A DNA stretch of 63,832 bases, the filler included, from an uncultured Thermoplasmatales archaeon (GTDB taxonomy: Archaea > Thermoplasmatota > E2 > DHVEG-1), in assembly GCA_964517155.1 (NCBI GenBank). It is 5 parts of 5 records of this genome, joined end to end, with 100 filler letters (N's around TTAATTAATTAA, not from the genome) between each part and the next. Parts side by side here need not be neighbours in the genome. Positions count along the whole stretch, not along the records: positions 33,866 to 56,662 come from CAZFAZ010000033.1; 4 more parts are not named here. The stretch is one strand, 5' to 3'. A program made the position numbers and the translations under genes. The notes under the pieces are model-generated. The model saw only the letters and a program-made list of their open reading frames with translations, had not been told where the DNA came from and did not search any database. This document shows, piece after piece, positions 42,054 through 53,014 of the stretch. The stretch's first letter is position 1. Every line of letters starts with the position of its first letter.

Positions 42054-44783
42054 TTAATTTTTTTGCAGTTTTTTCTTAGTTAGTTTTAATGCCATTTCCA
42101 ATGCAGAATTGACTTTATCCTTATTTGGGCCGCCACACTGGGTCATACGCTGTCTACCGCCTCCGCTGCCCCCAAGTATTTTACCGATCTCTGGTACGAT
42201 TTCTCGCAGGTCAATATCAATATCTTCAGAGGCCATAGATACAAGTTTTTTACCATCAAAAATATGAACAATAAATCCGGGGTGGTTTACAATAGCACCT
42301 GCAAGAGCTGTAGCATCAGAGCATGTAATGCCTGTGACAATTTTATAGTTTTTATCAGGAATTATTTCTGCTGATTTGATTAAATCAGTTATATCGTCAC
42401 TTGAAACTTTTTTCTTATTTTTTTGTTGTTTCTTCCACTCAGAAAAAAGGTCATCTGCGGCATCAGATAAATTTTTAACATTTTTAAGAGTTTTAATTTT
42501 AGATTCTTTTATAAAACGCTCAAGTGTTTTATCCAACTGATCGATTGGTACAGAGAAAATATCAGCGATTTTTCTCAGCTCTTCAGAAATATTTACATTT
42601 TCTTTTATTTCATAAAAAGGTTTTAAAATATCAACTAAATTTTGATAAATTCCTTTTTCTTCTTTCTGATAAGCATCAGCCATTTTACCTGCAGCAAAAA
42701 TAACTCGATTGACCCCGTCTTGAATACGCTCAATTTTAATAATTCTAATTTTTTCAATCTCACCAATATTATTAAGATGAGTGCCACCGCATGCTTCAAA
42801 ATCTACTTCAGGTATATCAAGAACACGTATACAGTTGCCAGGGGGGACACCACCCTGATAAAGTCTGAAACCATAAGTTTTTTCAGCAGTATTTCTATCA
42901 AGTGCAAGTTTTTTAACATTAATCTTTTTTCTTACAAGTTCATTTGCAAGAGACTCTATTTCTTTCTTCTGCTCATCAGATACAGAAGTATAATGAGAAA
43001 AATCAAAACGAGCATCCTCTAAGGCAAGTTGAGATCCTGCCTGCCAGATATGCTCACCAAGTAGTTTTCTTAGAGCACCATTTACAACATGTGTTCCTGT
43101 ATGATGTCTCATAAGAGTATATCTATGCTCCCAGTCTATTTCACCAAAAACTGTATCTCCAACATTTAAACAACTATCGATTTCATGAACGATTGCATCG
43201 CCTTGTTTTTTAACATGATTTACACGTATTTTTTTACCATTATTTGAAAGAAAACCTTTATCACTTGGTTGGCCGCCTCCCTCAGGATAAAAAGCAGTTT
43301 TATCAAGAACTACTTCAAAACCACTCTTTGTTTTGCTGGCCCAAAGAACTTTTGCAGTAAATTCTTTAGTGTAATGATCTTTATAATAAAGTTTTTCAGA
43401 TAAAGGCAAATCTGTTTTTTCTTCAGAGCATTTTTCTAATTCTAATTCATGAGAATGAAGTTCTGCGACCATTGATTCAAAATTTTTTGGTATATCAATA
43501 TTTACACCTTGTTCTTTTGCAATGTTTTTAACTATCTCTGGTTGCATACCATGAGTATCATACAAAAGAATAAGATCATCTTTATCAATTGTTTTTTTAT
43601 CTGAAATAATTCTTTTAACAAGATTTTTTCCCTTTGAAAGGGTATCATGATAACGCTGTGTTTCGATATCAAGAATTTCCCCAATCTGTTTTTTTCTTTT
43701 CTTAAGTGATGGGAAATCTTTTTCAAGTAAATCAAGCTGCATAAAAACAATGTCTTTTACTTTAGCATTTAGCTTTATTTTCTCAATAAAACGAATAGAA
43801 CGCCTGATTATAAGCCGGGCAAGATAACCTGCTTTAACATTAGATGGAACGATTCCATCTCCAAGCATAAAAGAAAGACATTTACTGTGATCAGCAAGTG
43901 AATAAATGCTTTGCATATCTAAATTATTTTTTGCATTTTTTATAATCCATTCTATCATTTCAGGAAAAACAGTATCATATACAGTTTTTGTCCCTTGGGT
44001 ACACCATGCAACACGCTCAAGGCCGTAGCCGGTATCAACTATGTTTAGAGGATTAGGTGAATATTTTGAACCCTCAATTTCAAAACTGCCCTTCGGATCT
44101 TCAACCATGTTCATAAAAACAAGTGTTGCAATCTCAAGACCACCTGCAAGCACTTCAAGGCAAGGTCCTGCATTTCCACCGCCAAACCAGAGTTGTTCCT
44201 TATAGTTAATTTTTTCCTTTGGAATACCAATGATTTTTGTGAAATATTCGTTACATAATCTAACTGTGTCTTCTTTAAAATAAATTTCATTAACATTTTT
44301 ATTAAAAGCATGATGGCCCATCATCTCGAAGGTTGTAAGATGACGGCCGCTGATGCCAACCTGCTCTAAATCATTTAAACGAATACATGGTTGAGAAATA
44401 ACTAAAGGATTTGCAGGAGGTGGGACTTCTCCACTTGTCACATGAGGTTGAAAATCAGCAATAGATGCAATAGTAAGATATATATCAGAACGCCAACGAG
44501 CAACAACAGGACAACGCTCACCTGTCTCAGGATAACAAAGCCTTGAATGATTATTTTTTTCAAAAAAAGAAAGAAAACTTTCACGAACTTGAGAAAGAGT
44601 TAATGGTTTTTTACCAAGAGGTTTACCTATAAAACTAAAAGGTACACAGGGTTGATCGCCACAAAATTCTGAGTTTTTGTCAAGTGTCCAATAAAAAGCA
44701 TCACATTTTTTACACTTTTTTCGAATATATTTATTATCATGAAAATATTTTAAATCGCATTCTTTTTTTAGGAAATCACTCAT
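42054..44783 (-). CDS. alaS: Alanine--tRNA ligase
   Basis: TIASIADFQP, HLTTFEMMGHH, DTGYGLER, editing HHTGTH...CGGTH and DHHA1 GGSGGG. Confidence 0.97.
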   Translation of the reverse strand: MSDFLKKECDLKYFHDNKYIRKKCKKCDAFYWTLDKNSEFCGDQPCVPFSFIGKPLGKKPLTLSQVRESFLSFFEKNNHSRLCYPETGERCPVVARWRSDIYLTIASIADFQPHVTSGEVPPPANPLVISQPCIRLNDLEQVGISGRHLTTFEMMGHHAFNKNVNEIYFKEDTVRLCNEYFTKIIGIPKEKINYKEQLWFGGGNAGPCLEVLAGGLEIATLVFMNMVEDPKGSFEIEGSKYSPNPLNIVDTGYGLERVAWCTQGTKTVYDTVFPEMIEWIIKNAKNNLDMQSIYSLADHSKCLSFMLGDGIVPSNVKAGYLARLIIRRSIRFIEKIKLNAKVKDIVFMQLDLLEKDFPSLKKRKKQIGEILDIETQRYHDTLSKGKNLVKRIISDKKTIDKDDLILLYDTHGMQPEIVKNIAKEQGVNIDIPKNFESMVAELHSHELELEKCSEEKTDLPLSEKLYYKDHYTKEFTAKVLWASKTKSGFEVVLDKTAFYPEGGGQPSDKGFLSNNGKKIRVNHVKKQGDAIVHEIDSCLNVGDTVFGEIDWEHRYTLMRHHTGTHVVNGALRKLLGEHIWQAGSQLALEDARFDFSHYTSVSDEQKKEIESLANELVRKKINVKKLALDRNTAEKTYGFRLYQGGVPPGNCIRVLDIPEVDFEACGGTHLNNIGEIEKIRIIKIERIQDGVNRVIFAAGKMADAYQKEEKGIYQNLVDILKPFYEIKENVNISEELRKIADIFSVPIDQLDKTLERFIKESKIKTLKNVKNLSDAADDLFSEWKKQQKNKKKVSSDDITDLIKSAEIIPDKNYKIVTGITCSDATALAGAIVNHPGFIVHIFDGKKLVSMASEDIDIDLREIVPEIGKILGGSGGGRQRMTQCGGPNKDKVNSALEMALKLTKKKLQKN

Positions 44784-44852
44784 GTTTTAACACTATATTT
44801 TGAGGGTATATAAACAAGGTTTATAAATAGTTTTGATATCAACAAACTTACA

Positions 44853-45545
44853 ATGTTTATATTTGCTGAAATATCGCTGTTTGAAATTATTCTTTGGATA
44901 ATACGAGTTAGTCTGCCTATTCTTACAATATATCTTATATATCTACTTTTAACAAGAGCTTTTAGATATTTAGGGTTCTCAGGTTTAGAATCGACTATTA
45001 TCGTAATTATTTCTTTTATTTTTACTTTTCCGATTATTCTTTTTGGATATGATATATCAAATATTGCTATTTTTTCCTATAACAACTGGATTGTTGGTAT
45101 CAATACAGGCGGTGCATTAATACCTGTACTTCTTAGTTTTTATTTGATATCTAAAAAGAAAATATCTTATAAACAAGTTATAATTGCAACAATAATTGTA
45201 ACAATAATTACTTATTTTATAACAAAACCCGAACCCACTAAAGGAATTGTCGCAGAATTTCCATGGTGGCTTTTACCTGCTGTTTTTGCTTGTATTTCAT
45301 CAATTATACTTTTTAAGAAAAATTTTGCCAAAGGCGCAACTCTTGCATATTCATCTAGTACATTTGGTGTTTTAATAGGTGCTGATTTCCTGCATTTACC
45401 TGAACTTCTTAGCAATACACCCACAAAACTTGGAACAATGGCAAGAATCGGCGGAGCAGTAATATTTGACTTGATCTTTTTAACAGGCGTACTTGCAGTT
45501 CTCATCTATGGTATAATAATGTTTAAATATAGGACTAATAGTTAA
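44853..45545 (+). CDS. DUF1614-family membrane protein
   Basis: INTGGALIP, GVLIGADFLHL and IGGAVIFD. Confidence 0.85.
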   Translation: MFIFAEISLFEIILWIIRVSLPILTIYLIYLLLTRAFRYLGFSGLESTIIVIISFIFTFPIILFGYDISNIAIFSYNNWIVGINTGGALIPVLLSFYLISKKKISYKQVIIATIIVTIITYFITKPEPTKGIVAEFPWWLLPAVFACISSIILFKKNFAKGATLAYSSSTFGVLIGADFLHLPELLSNTPTKLGTMARIGGAVIFDLIFLTGVLAVLIYGIIMFKYRTNS

Positions 45546-45587
45546 ATAATACTTCTTATTTACAGGATAATATCAGAAAGCTGGTTA

Positions 45588-46469
45588 ATGAGGTCTATAA
45601 TGAGCGATTCAATCGAAGATTTAGCCAAAGAAAAAGATGAACTTCAAAATAATGCAAATGAGTTAAAAGATAAAAGAAACAAGTTGCATGATAAATCTAA
45701 AAAACTTGCAGATGAAAGAGATAATTTGAATTTTTCAATTAGAGCTCTTAGAAATAAAATCTCTGAACATAAAAAAAGTCGTGATGAGTTAAATGAAAGA
45801 GTAAGACACTCAAAGGATCAAAGAAACAAACTAAATAAAAGCTATAGTGAAATAAAGAAAAAAATAGAATCTCTTGAAAGAGAACGTTCTTCTCAATCTG
45901 GTACAAATCTAAACGTTTTACGTAAACAAATAAGAGCACTTGAAAATGAACAAATGACAACTGCGATGTCTCCTCAGAAAGAGAAAAAATTAATTGAGGT
46001 TATATCAGGGATTCATACAAAAATAAAAGATGCAGAAGATAAACTAAACAAAGATCCAAAACTAAAAAAAGCACTTGAAGAAGAAAAAATAATTAAACAG
46101 AAAGCAGAAAAACAGCATGATACCGTTGAAAAACTTGCAAGTCGTGCACAAGAAGAACATGAAAACATGATGAATCTTATAAAACAACTTGATAACATGG
46201 TAAAAAAAGTAAATGGTATTCAAGAAACAATTGTTATGACAAAGATTGAGGCAGATAAAGTTCATAAAGAATTTATCGAGTGTGTTGATAAAATTCATGA
46301 TTTGGAGCGTAAGATTACAACAGATCATGAGAAAAAACGCAAAACTAAAAAAGCAGAAGAAGCAACAGCTGCACATAGAGAAGCTGATGAAATCTTTGAA
46401 AAGTTTAAACGCGGTGAAAAGCTTAGCACTGAAGACCTTATGGCTTTACAAAAAGCTGGTTTAATATAA
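45588..46469 (+). CDS. Conserved archaeal coiled-coil protein (COG1340-like)
   Basis: Heptad-rich; C-terminus EIFEKFKRGEKLSTEDLMALQKAG. Confidence 0.85.
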   Translation: MRSIMSDSIEDLAKEKDELQNNANELKDKRNKLHDKSKKLADERDNLNFSIRALRNKISEHKKSRDELNERVRHSKDQRNKLNKSYSEIKKKIESLERERSSQSGTNLNVLRKQIRALENEQMTTAMSPQKEKKLIEVISGIHTKIKDAEDKLNKDPKLKKALEEEKIIKQKAEKQHDTVEKLASRAQEEHENMMNLIKQLDNMVKKVNGIQETIVMTKIEADKVHKEFIECVDKIHDLERKITTDHEKKRKTKKAEEATAAHREADEIFEKFKRGEKLSTEDLMALQKAGLI

Positions 46470-46499
46470 ATATAAAAACTTTTTTGGGGATGAAAAAAT

Positions 46500-46979
46500 A
46501 TGGAATGCGAACTTTGTGGTAGAGAATGTGAGTGTAGGCCGGCAACTGTGGATGGTGTTCGTATGATGCTTTGCCCAGGTTGTATGAAACATGGTAAAGG
46601 CATACCTGTATCATCTAGCCAGACAGTTAGCAGCAGAACGCCTATTTTAGAGCGTATCCGTCGGCCAAAAGAAAAAGATGTTTACAAAGATATGACAAAG
46701 GAACTTGTATCTGATTATAATACAATTATAAAAAACGGTCGTGAGAAAAAAGGACTCAGTCGCGAGGAATTAGGTTTTCGTATAGGTGAACGTACTGTTA
46801 CTATCTCAAAAATTGAAAATGGGGATTTAAAACCAAGTGATAAAGTCGCACAGAAACTTGAAAAAGAATTAGGTATAAACTTGTTCGAAGAAGTAGCAAG
46901 TGCTCAAAGTTATGCGACAAAAAGCTCCGGTGGCTCCCGTAGTAGTCTTACACTTGGTGATTTCATAAAACGTGAATAA
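46500..46979 (+). CDS. Multiprotein bridging factor aMBF1
   Basis: N-terminal CELCG...CPGC Zn ribbon, HTH and TLGDFIK. Confidence 0.92.
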   Translation: MECELCGRECECRPATVDGVRMMLCPGCMKHGKGIPVSSSQTVSSRTPILERIRRPKEKDVYKDMTKELVSDYNTIIKNGREKKGLSREELGFRIGERTVTISKIENGDLKPSDKVAQKLEKELGINLFEEVASAQSYATKSSGGSRSSLTLGDFIKRE

Positions 46980-47592
46980 AAAATACAAGTTTGGTTATTT
47001 TATGTCAAATTTTAATCTTGCAGGGATTGTTTCTGCGTTAAACAATGGCCAAATAATTGTTTATCCAACAGATACACTGTATGGTTTGGGTGCAGATATC
47101 TACAATGATGATGCTGTTAAAAAAATATTTTTAATTAAAAAAAGATCTTTTGATCAACCTTTAAGTGTAGCAGTTTCAAATATTAATGATATTGAAGAAA
47201 TAGCATTTGTAGATGACAAGATACGTTGTGTTGCAGAAAGATTTTTACCAGGAAAACTTACACTTGTTTTAAAAAAGAAAAACGTTGTTTCAGATATACT
47301 TACTGCGGGTAGCACTAATGTTGCAGTTCGTATACCTGATAATTCTGTTGCATTAAGGATTTTATCTGTTTTTGGCCCGCTTATTTGTACTAGTGCAAAT
47401 ATTCATGGAATGCCAACGCCAAATAAAATAAATGAGATACAGATGCAGTTTAAAGATGAAATAAATATATATATTGATGCAGGAGAGCTAAAAGATAAAC
47501 CTTCGACTATTATTGATTTATCAGATGAAAAACCTAAAGTTTTAAGAGAGGGTGCAATTCCTGCTGAAGAAATAATTAAGGCGATATTATGA
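46972..47592 (+). CDS. L-threonylcarbamoyladenylate synthase (YrdC/TsaC domain only)
   Basis: YPTDTLYGLG, KKR, PGKLT, AVRIP, TSAN and REG. Confidence 0.93.
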   Translation: MNKKYKFGYFMSNFNLAGIVSALNNGQIIVYPTDTLYGLGADIYNDDAVKKIFLIKKRSFDQPLSVAVSNINDIEEIAFVDDKIRCVAERFLPGKLTLVLKKKNVVSDILTAGSTNVAVRIPDNSVALRILSVFGPLICTSANIHGMPTPNKINEIQMQFKDEINIYIDAGELKDKPSTIIDLSDEKPKVLREGAIPAEEIIKAIL

Positions 47593-48494
47593 GCAATAAT
47601 GAAAATTTAGAAAAATATAGACTTGCAGGAAAAATTGCGGCAGAAGCTCGTGATTATGGTACAAGTATTATTAAATCAAATGTTAAACTTTTAGATGTTG
47701 CAGAAAAAGTAGAAGCAAAAATTCGTCAGAGAGGAGCAAATATCGCATTTCCAGTTAACATCTCCCTTAATGAAATTGCAGCTCATTACAGTCCACGTAG
47801 TAATGATAAACTCGTTTTTAAAAAAGGCGATGTAGTAAAACTTGATGTTGGTGCACATGTCGATGGCTTTATTGCAGATACTGCAGTAACAGTTGAAGTT
47901 GAAACAAATAATTATGCTGATATGATAAAAGCAGCAGATGAAGGACTGAAGACAGCAGTTGAAATGGTTAAACCAGAAATTAATCTTTCAGATCTTGGAC
48001 GAGCCGTACAAGAAACAATTGCAGGTTTTGGTTTTAAATCAATTGATAACTTAACAGGGCATAGTCTTCAGAGATATATTCTTCATTCTGGTATAAGTGT
48101 ACCAAGTGTTCCTGATTTATTAAATAATACAAAACCTAATATTGGGGATGTACTTGCAATTGAGCCTTTTGCTACAGATGGAGTAGGGCATGTAGTTTCA
48201 GGTGCAGGCAGCAATATCTTTCTTTGTGAAAAATCTATACGCGCCAGGTTTGTCAGAGATAAACGTGCAAATATATGGCATAATCGTATTCATAAAAACT
48301 TCGGCTCTCTTCCTTTTGCACAGCGCTGGGTTAATAATATTTTTGAAAATAACTGTGACATGATTTTAAATAGGCTTTCTTTTTTAGGTATGATTAAACA
48401 TTACCCTCAGTTAATTGAGCAGAGAAAAGGTATTGTTACTCAAAAAGAGCATACTGTAATTATAACTCAAGACGGTTGTGAGGTTACAACGTGA
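47589..48494 (+). CDS. map: Type II methionine aminopeptidase
   Basis: AFPVNIS, AAHYSP, DVGAHVDGFIADTA, GHSL, AIEPFAT and EHTV. Confidence 0.96.
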   Translation: MSNNENLEKYRLAGKIAAEARDYGTSIIKSNVKLLDVAEKVEAKIRQRGANIAFPVNISLNEIAAHYSPRSNDKLVFKKGDVVKLDVGAHVDGFIADTAVTVEVETNNYADMIKAADEGLKTAVEMVKPEINLSDLGRAVQETIAGFGFKSIDNLTGHSLQRYILHSGISVPSVPDLLNNTKPNIGDVLAIEPFATDGVGHVVSGAGSNIFLCEKSIRARFVRDKRANIWHNRIHKNFGSLPFAQRWVNNIFENNCDMILNRLSFLGMIKHYPQLIEQRKGIVTQKEHTVIITQDGCEVTT

Positions 48495-49351
48495 AAAGTA
48501 AAAAAAATACAACTAAAGCTAATAATTTTCTAAAATTTGAGGAACTTTCCTGGAAAAAAATTAGTGAGTTAGAATGTGATAAAACAGTTTTTTTCTTACC
48601 AATTAGTCCTATGGAAGAACATGGTCCTCATCTGCCTGTTGGTACTGATTTTTTAATAATTTCTGATGCTACAAAAGAAGCAATTAAAATTATAAACAGT
48701 AAGAAAAAAGATTATACCTGTGTTTTGATGCCATCTATTCCTATCGGTTTTTGCAAGTTTAACACAGATTTTCCAGGTAGTATAAATGTTAGCAGTAAAA
48801 CTGTAAGAGATGTTGTTTATAGTGTTGGTAAATCTCTTGGGGAATACGGTTTTAAATATCTTGTTATCTGCACGTATCATATGGCACTTGGTCATTTACG
48901 TGGTATCTATTCTGCTATAAATAAACTTGAATCAAAATATGATATAAGCATAGTTGAACCATGGGGTCCATATTTTTATAATGATATGGTTAAAGAGCGT
49001 GAGCCTAAACTTGGTTTTGATACAAGTAAAGAAGTACATGCTTGTTTTCGTGAGACAAGTGTTATGAAATATCAATATCCATATCTTGTGGATGAATCAT
49101 ATAAAAACTTGCAAAGTATATATCGTGATATTAACTCACCCAAGACTATTGGTAAAAAATTCAAAGAGCTTGGCTTTAGTGAAGGCTATATCGGCAGTCC
49201 AGCTCGTGCGGATGCAGATTATGGTCGCTGGTTTTTTTCTGAAACTGTAAATATGATTGCTAGTGCAACACTTGACCTTGTTAGTGGTAAGAAAAAAGCA
49301 GAACTGCCAAAAAATATTCAAAAAATCATGAAAGCAATGTTTTGGCAATAG
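48491..49351 (+). CDS. Creatininase-family amidohydrolase
   Basis: EEHGPHLPVGTD, HAC..ETS and GYIGSP. Confidence 0.85.
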   Translation: MKSKKNTTKANNFLKFEELSWKKISELECDKTVFFLPISPMEEHGPHLPVGTDFLIISDATKEAIKIINSKKKDYTCVLMPSIPIGFCKFNTDFPGSINVSSKTVRDVVYSVGKSLGEYGFKYLVICTYHMALGHLRGIYSAINKLESKYDISIVEPWGPYFYNDMVKEREPKLGFDTSKEVHACFRETSVMKYQYPYLVDESYKNLQSIYRDINSPKTIGKKFKELGFSEGYIGSPARADADYGRWFFSETVNMIASATLDLVSGKKKAELPKNIQKIMKAMFWQ

Positions 49352-49356
49352 TTTTT

Positions 49357-50295
49357 TTATATCCTTTCTAAAAGCGCACTAATCATCATGGGCAGCATTA
49401 CAGTTGCATCCCCATCAATTGTTACATTATCTGCGTTTTCTTTTATTTTACCCCACGAAATTGCTTCGCGAGTTTGTGCACCAGATAGACTTCCATCGTA
49501 TTCAGCGGCAGTTGTAATATATACTACATACTCAAGACCATTGCAGAACTGATTCCACCAGATTACATGATGTTTTGAAATACCTCCACCAATTATGAGC
49601 GCGCCAGTTTTTTTTGCATCAAAAACAACATCTGAAAGATCTTGCTCATCTTTTAAAAGATCTATTGTAAAATCCCGATGTGTCTGATAATACATCCAAA
49701 TCTGTGACCCAAATGCTCCATCAGTAATACCAGGTACATATATTGGTATCTGATTTTTATAAGCCCAATAAATTATTGATTCTTCTTTGTTTTTTTCTGT
49801 TTCTAAATGTTTTGCAAACTCCCAGATTAAATCTTTTGTAGACCATTTACTGCCTTTTTTATATATCTCTTCTAATATCGGCTGCATTTTTTCTTCAAGT
49901 ATTTTTCCATAGCATTCATTTGGAATAAAGATATTTCCAAGTCTGTTTACACCTTGTTTATGCAGCTCTTTGTCATCTGCCATAAAATGACCGTGATAAT
50001 AATTTTCCCATAGTCTTGCAAGATCGTGATCAAGTGTTCCACAAGTGGTAATTATTACATCAAAAAGTTTTCTTTTAACAAGTTCTTTTATAACACCACG
50101 GGTTCCTGTAGATATAATACATGCTGGAAAACTTAAAAATTTTACACAGTTTTTTTGTTTTATCATCTCTTCAAGAATATCTACGCCGATTCCTACTTTT
50201 TTTGCAGTAAAGCCACCTGAATTATATAATTGTATTACAAGCTCGTTTGTTGTCTCTTTTTTAAGTTGAATATCAATTACTTTTTTTGCTTTCAT
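49357..50295 (-). CDS. dys: Deoxyhypusine synthase
   Basis: NRLGNIF, TDGAFG, GGGISKHH and DGSLSGA...EAISWGK. Confidence 0.95.
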   Translation of the reverse strand: MKAKKVIDIQLKKETTNELVIQLYNSGGFTAKKVGIGVDILEEMIKQKNCVKFLSFPACIISTGTRGVIKELVKRKLFDVIITTCGTLDHDLARLWENYYHGHFMADDKELHKQGVNRLGNIFIPNECYGKILEEKMQPILEEIYKKGSKWSTKDLIWEFAKHLETEKNKEESIIYWAYKNQIPIYVPGITDGAFGSQIWMYYQTHRDFTIDLLKDEQDLSDVVFDAKKTGALIIGGGISKHHVIWWNQFCNGLEYVVYITTAAEYDGSLSGAQTREAISWGKIKENADNVTIDGDATVMLPMMISALLERI

Positions 50296-50319
50296 ATTAA
50301 AAAATCACAACCTTATTTT

Positions 50320-51207
50320 TTAGTATATTGCTAATGCTGCGTATCCTACACAGGAACTACCAGGTTGCACCTCATAACTAGTGCCATATTTAAGTAATTC
50401 GGCTTTTTTTGCACCAAGTTTCTTTGCGGCAGTGATAAGAGTTGCTACAGGCCCGTATCCACACATAGTAATATTGTTTTTTTCAACTGTATCAATAAGT
50501 CCTTTTGAATCAAGTTTTAGTATTTTTTCTATTGCAAGTCTGTCTTGTTTTTCTGCGTATTTGTCAACACGTATCCCTTCAGGTGGCATACTATTATAAT
50601 TAAAACCGGCATGTGTAAAATCAGTACTTGCAATAATTACTATATCTTCTTCCGAGTCTCTTACTACGTTTGCAATTATCGCTGCTGCTGCTTCAGAGGT
50701 TTTTATATCTTGCATTCCCATGCAGATAGGTACAAAGTTAAAGTTTTTATTTCCAACTAAAAACTGTAAAAAAGGTAGTTGGACTTCTATGCTATGCTCA
50801 TATTTATGAGCGTTTTCATCTGAATCTATTATATCACGCCTAATCTGTTTTGCAATTATTTCATTTATTTCAGTTGTTCCAAAAGGTGTCATCCATTCTC
50901 CTTCAGTCATTATTGATACACCTGAGCCCATGCCGGTATGATTTGGACCAATTATTATAAATGTATCTGCAAAACCATGTTCTGCAAGAAATTTATATGA
51001 ATGTGCAGCAATTGGTCCTGAAAAAATAAAACCTGCATGTGGAACTATTATTCCTTTAATCTTTTTCTTTGTGTTTTTTACTTTTGGAATTTCTCCGAGT
51101 CCTCTAGATTCAGTATAACAATTTTCTATTGTTTGTCTTAAATCTGTTTCGTTTGCATCATAGAATTGACCTGCAACAGCTGAATGTCTTATTTTGTTCA
51201 AAGACAC
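50320..51207 (-). CDS. MEMO1-family protein (AmmeMemoRadiSam protein B-like)
   Basis: AVAGQFY, PHAGF.FSG, GPNHTG, EHSIEVQLPFLQ and TMCG.GP. Confidence 0.92.
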   Translation of the reverse strand: MSLNKIRHSAVAGQFYDANETDLRQTIENCYTESRGLGEIPKVKNTKKKIKGIIVPHAGFIFSGPIAAHSYKFLAEHGFADTFIIIGPNHTGMGSGVSIMTEGEWMTPFGTTEINEIIAKQIRRDIIDSDENAHKYEHSIEVQLPFLQFLVGNKNFNFVPICMGMQDIKTSEAAAAIIANVVRDSEEDIVIIASTDFTHAGFNYNSMPPEGIRVDKYAEKQDRLAIEKILKLDSKGLIDTVEKNNITMCGYGPVATLITAAKKLGAKKAELLKYGTSYEVQPGSSCVGYAALAIY

Positions 51208-51319
51208 TAATCCCTCCTTTTATTATTTACTGTATGTTTATTTCATTGTTTAAACTTTGTCCACAAAAGATATAAATATACTCGATGAATTCGGGTTTGC
51301 AAATTAAGGTTGATTATCT

Positions 51320-51478
51320 ATGGAAACTGTATGTCATATTGAGATAATTAAGGATGGACGAGATTTTGTTGCAAGAGCTCATCTCTCAAATGGTTCTATC
51401 AAAGAATATCGTCATCAAGTATTTGAAGATGTACTTACTGAGATGGTAATAGATTTACAAGAAGAGCTTGCTGAATAA
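51320..51478 (+). CDS. 52-aa hypothetical protein (not in ORF track)
   Basis: AGGT SD; METVCHIEIIKDGRDFVARAHLSNGSIKEYRHQVFEDVLTEMVIDLQEELAE*; fills the intergenic gap. Confidence 0.7.
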   Translation: METVCHIEIIKDGRDFVARAHLSNGSIKEYRHQVFEDVLTEMVIDLQEELAE

Positions 51479-51529
51479 AAAAATATTTTTTTATTTTCAT
51501 TTTAATTTAAAACGTGCTTTATTTTTAAA

Positions 51530-51736
51530 TTAAGTTGTGTAGTTTGCATATAAAAGTACTGCCATGAAAACAATTATCATGACCCATAAAAATAGTACCG
51601 TCATTCTTTTCTTTTTAAGCATTTTTTGATATTTTTGTTTGCATTCTTCTGAGCAGAGAGTTTCAGATGTAGGAATTGCTTTCATACACATCATGCAGTG
51701 GTTATGCGCAGGTATTACATTTGTCATAATGATCAA
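51530..51736 (-). CDS. DUF2116-family Zn-ribbon membrane protein
   Basis: HNHCMMCMKAIP...CSEEC plus a C-terminal TM. Confidence 0.85.
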   Translation of the reverse strand: MIIMTNVIPAHNHCMMCMKAIPTSETLCSEECKQKYQKMLKKKRMTVLFLWVMIIVFMAVLLYANYTT

Positions 51737-51783
51737 AACATGTATATATTCTTAGAGTGTAAATATTTTTTCATACGTATTTT

Positions 51784-52935
51784 TTATATTTCATCTGCAT
51801 CCCTACAAGTTTTTTCAAGAACAGGTAAAAACTTAGTTATAATTTTTTTTGTCACATGTGGCATAAAAACTATTCTTGCGGATGAAAGTCTATCCATCTT
51901 GTTAATTTTGTAACCTTTTTTTGTTAGAAGCGCAACAATTTTTTCAGGATTATTTAATTTTATTGCAATAATATTCATTGTAGGTTTTAAAACAAGCTTT
52001 AAACCGATATCGTTTATTTTTTTAACAGTGTAAAAAGTATTATCCATACATTTTTTGACAAGATTAGTATAGCCTTTCATACCAAGATATTCTGCAACAG
52101 CATAAGCAGCAGCCACTGGCGCTGCAGAGCGTGTGGCAAGAATGCCTGGTTGTCTGGCGCTACTAATGTATGGTGTATCAACACTAATTTTTTCAAGCCA
52201 TTCTTTGTTTCTAAGTATGAGAGATCCTAAAGGTATCGCAGAGCAGCCCATTTTATGTGCATCTATTGTAATACTGCATACTCCTGGATTTTTAAAATCA
52301 AAATCAGGAACATTATAGCCTAGTTTTTTAAGGAAAGGAATAATGTATCCTCCGAAAGCTGCATCAATATGTAAAAAAATATCTTGTTTTTCACAGATAT
52401 CTGAAAGTTCAGGTATTGAATCGATTACACCAAGTTCTGTTGTACCTGCAATTCCAATTACAGCTAATGTTTTAGAATTAATTTTTTTCTGTACCTCTTT
52501 TATATCTATTTGATAGTTTTGATTAAGTTTAATAGGTATAAGTTTTACATCCATTATCGATGCTATTTTTTCAAAGGAAAAATGTGCGCTTTCAGGAATT
52601 ATAATTTCTTTTTTTGAAGGGTTTAGTTTTTTTGCAAGCCATATTGCAGAGATATTGCTTTCTGTTCCGCCGCTTCCTATTATTCCTTGGCTTTCTTTTG
52701 GAGCATTTAATAGTTTTTTTAAAAAGTACAGGTATTTTTCTTCTATTTCTTTTGAACCTGGGAAAAGTTTTGGATCTCCAAGGTTTGTTTCAAGAAACAT
52801 ATTATATGCTTTTTTTGCAACTGGTAGTGGTTGTGTGCACATGGAGCCAAGTATTTGTCCATTTGAAAAAGAGAAATCTTTTTTTTGATATTTTTTTAGT
52901 TTTTCAATTATTTTATCTTGTTTTTTGTTATTCAT
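51784..52935 (-). CDS. mfnA: PLP-dependent tyrosine/aspartate decarboxylase MfnA
   Basis: ILGSMCT.P, NLGDP.LFPG, SGGTESN, HIDAAFGG and IDAHKMG. Confidence 0.93.
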   Translation of the reverse strand: MNNKKQDKIIEKLKKYQKKDFSFSNGQILGSMCTQPLPVAKKAYNMFLETNLGDPKLFPGSKEIEEKYLYFLKKLLNAPKESQGIIGSGGTESNISAIWLAKKLNPSKKEIIIPESAHFSFEKIASIMDVKLIPIKLNQNYQIDIKEVQKKINSKTLAVIGIAGTTELGVIDSIPELSDICEKQDIFLHIDAAFGGYIIPFLKKLGYNVPDFDFKNPGVCSITIDAHKMGCSAIPLGSLILRNKEWLEKISVDTPYISSARQPGILATRSAAPVAAAYAVAEYLGMKGYTNLVKKCMDNTFYTVKKINDIGLKLVLKPTMNIIAIKLNNPEKIVALLTKKGYKINKMDRLSSARIVFMPHVTKKIITKFLPVLEKTCRDADEI

Positions 52936-53014
52936 TTTAACAATCTGAAATCAGATATAGTCAAAAAAGATTTCGCTTATTTTATTTTTTACCATCACAT
53001 TTTAATATAAGTAA

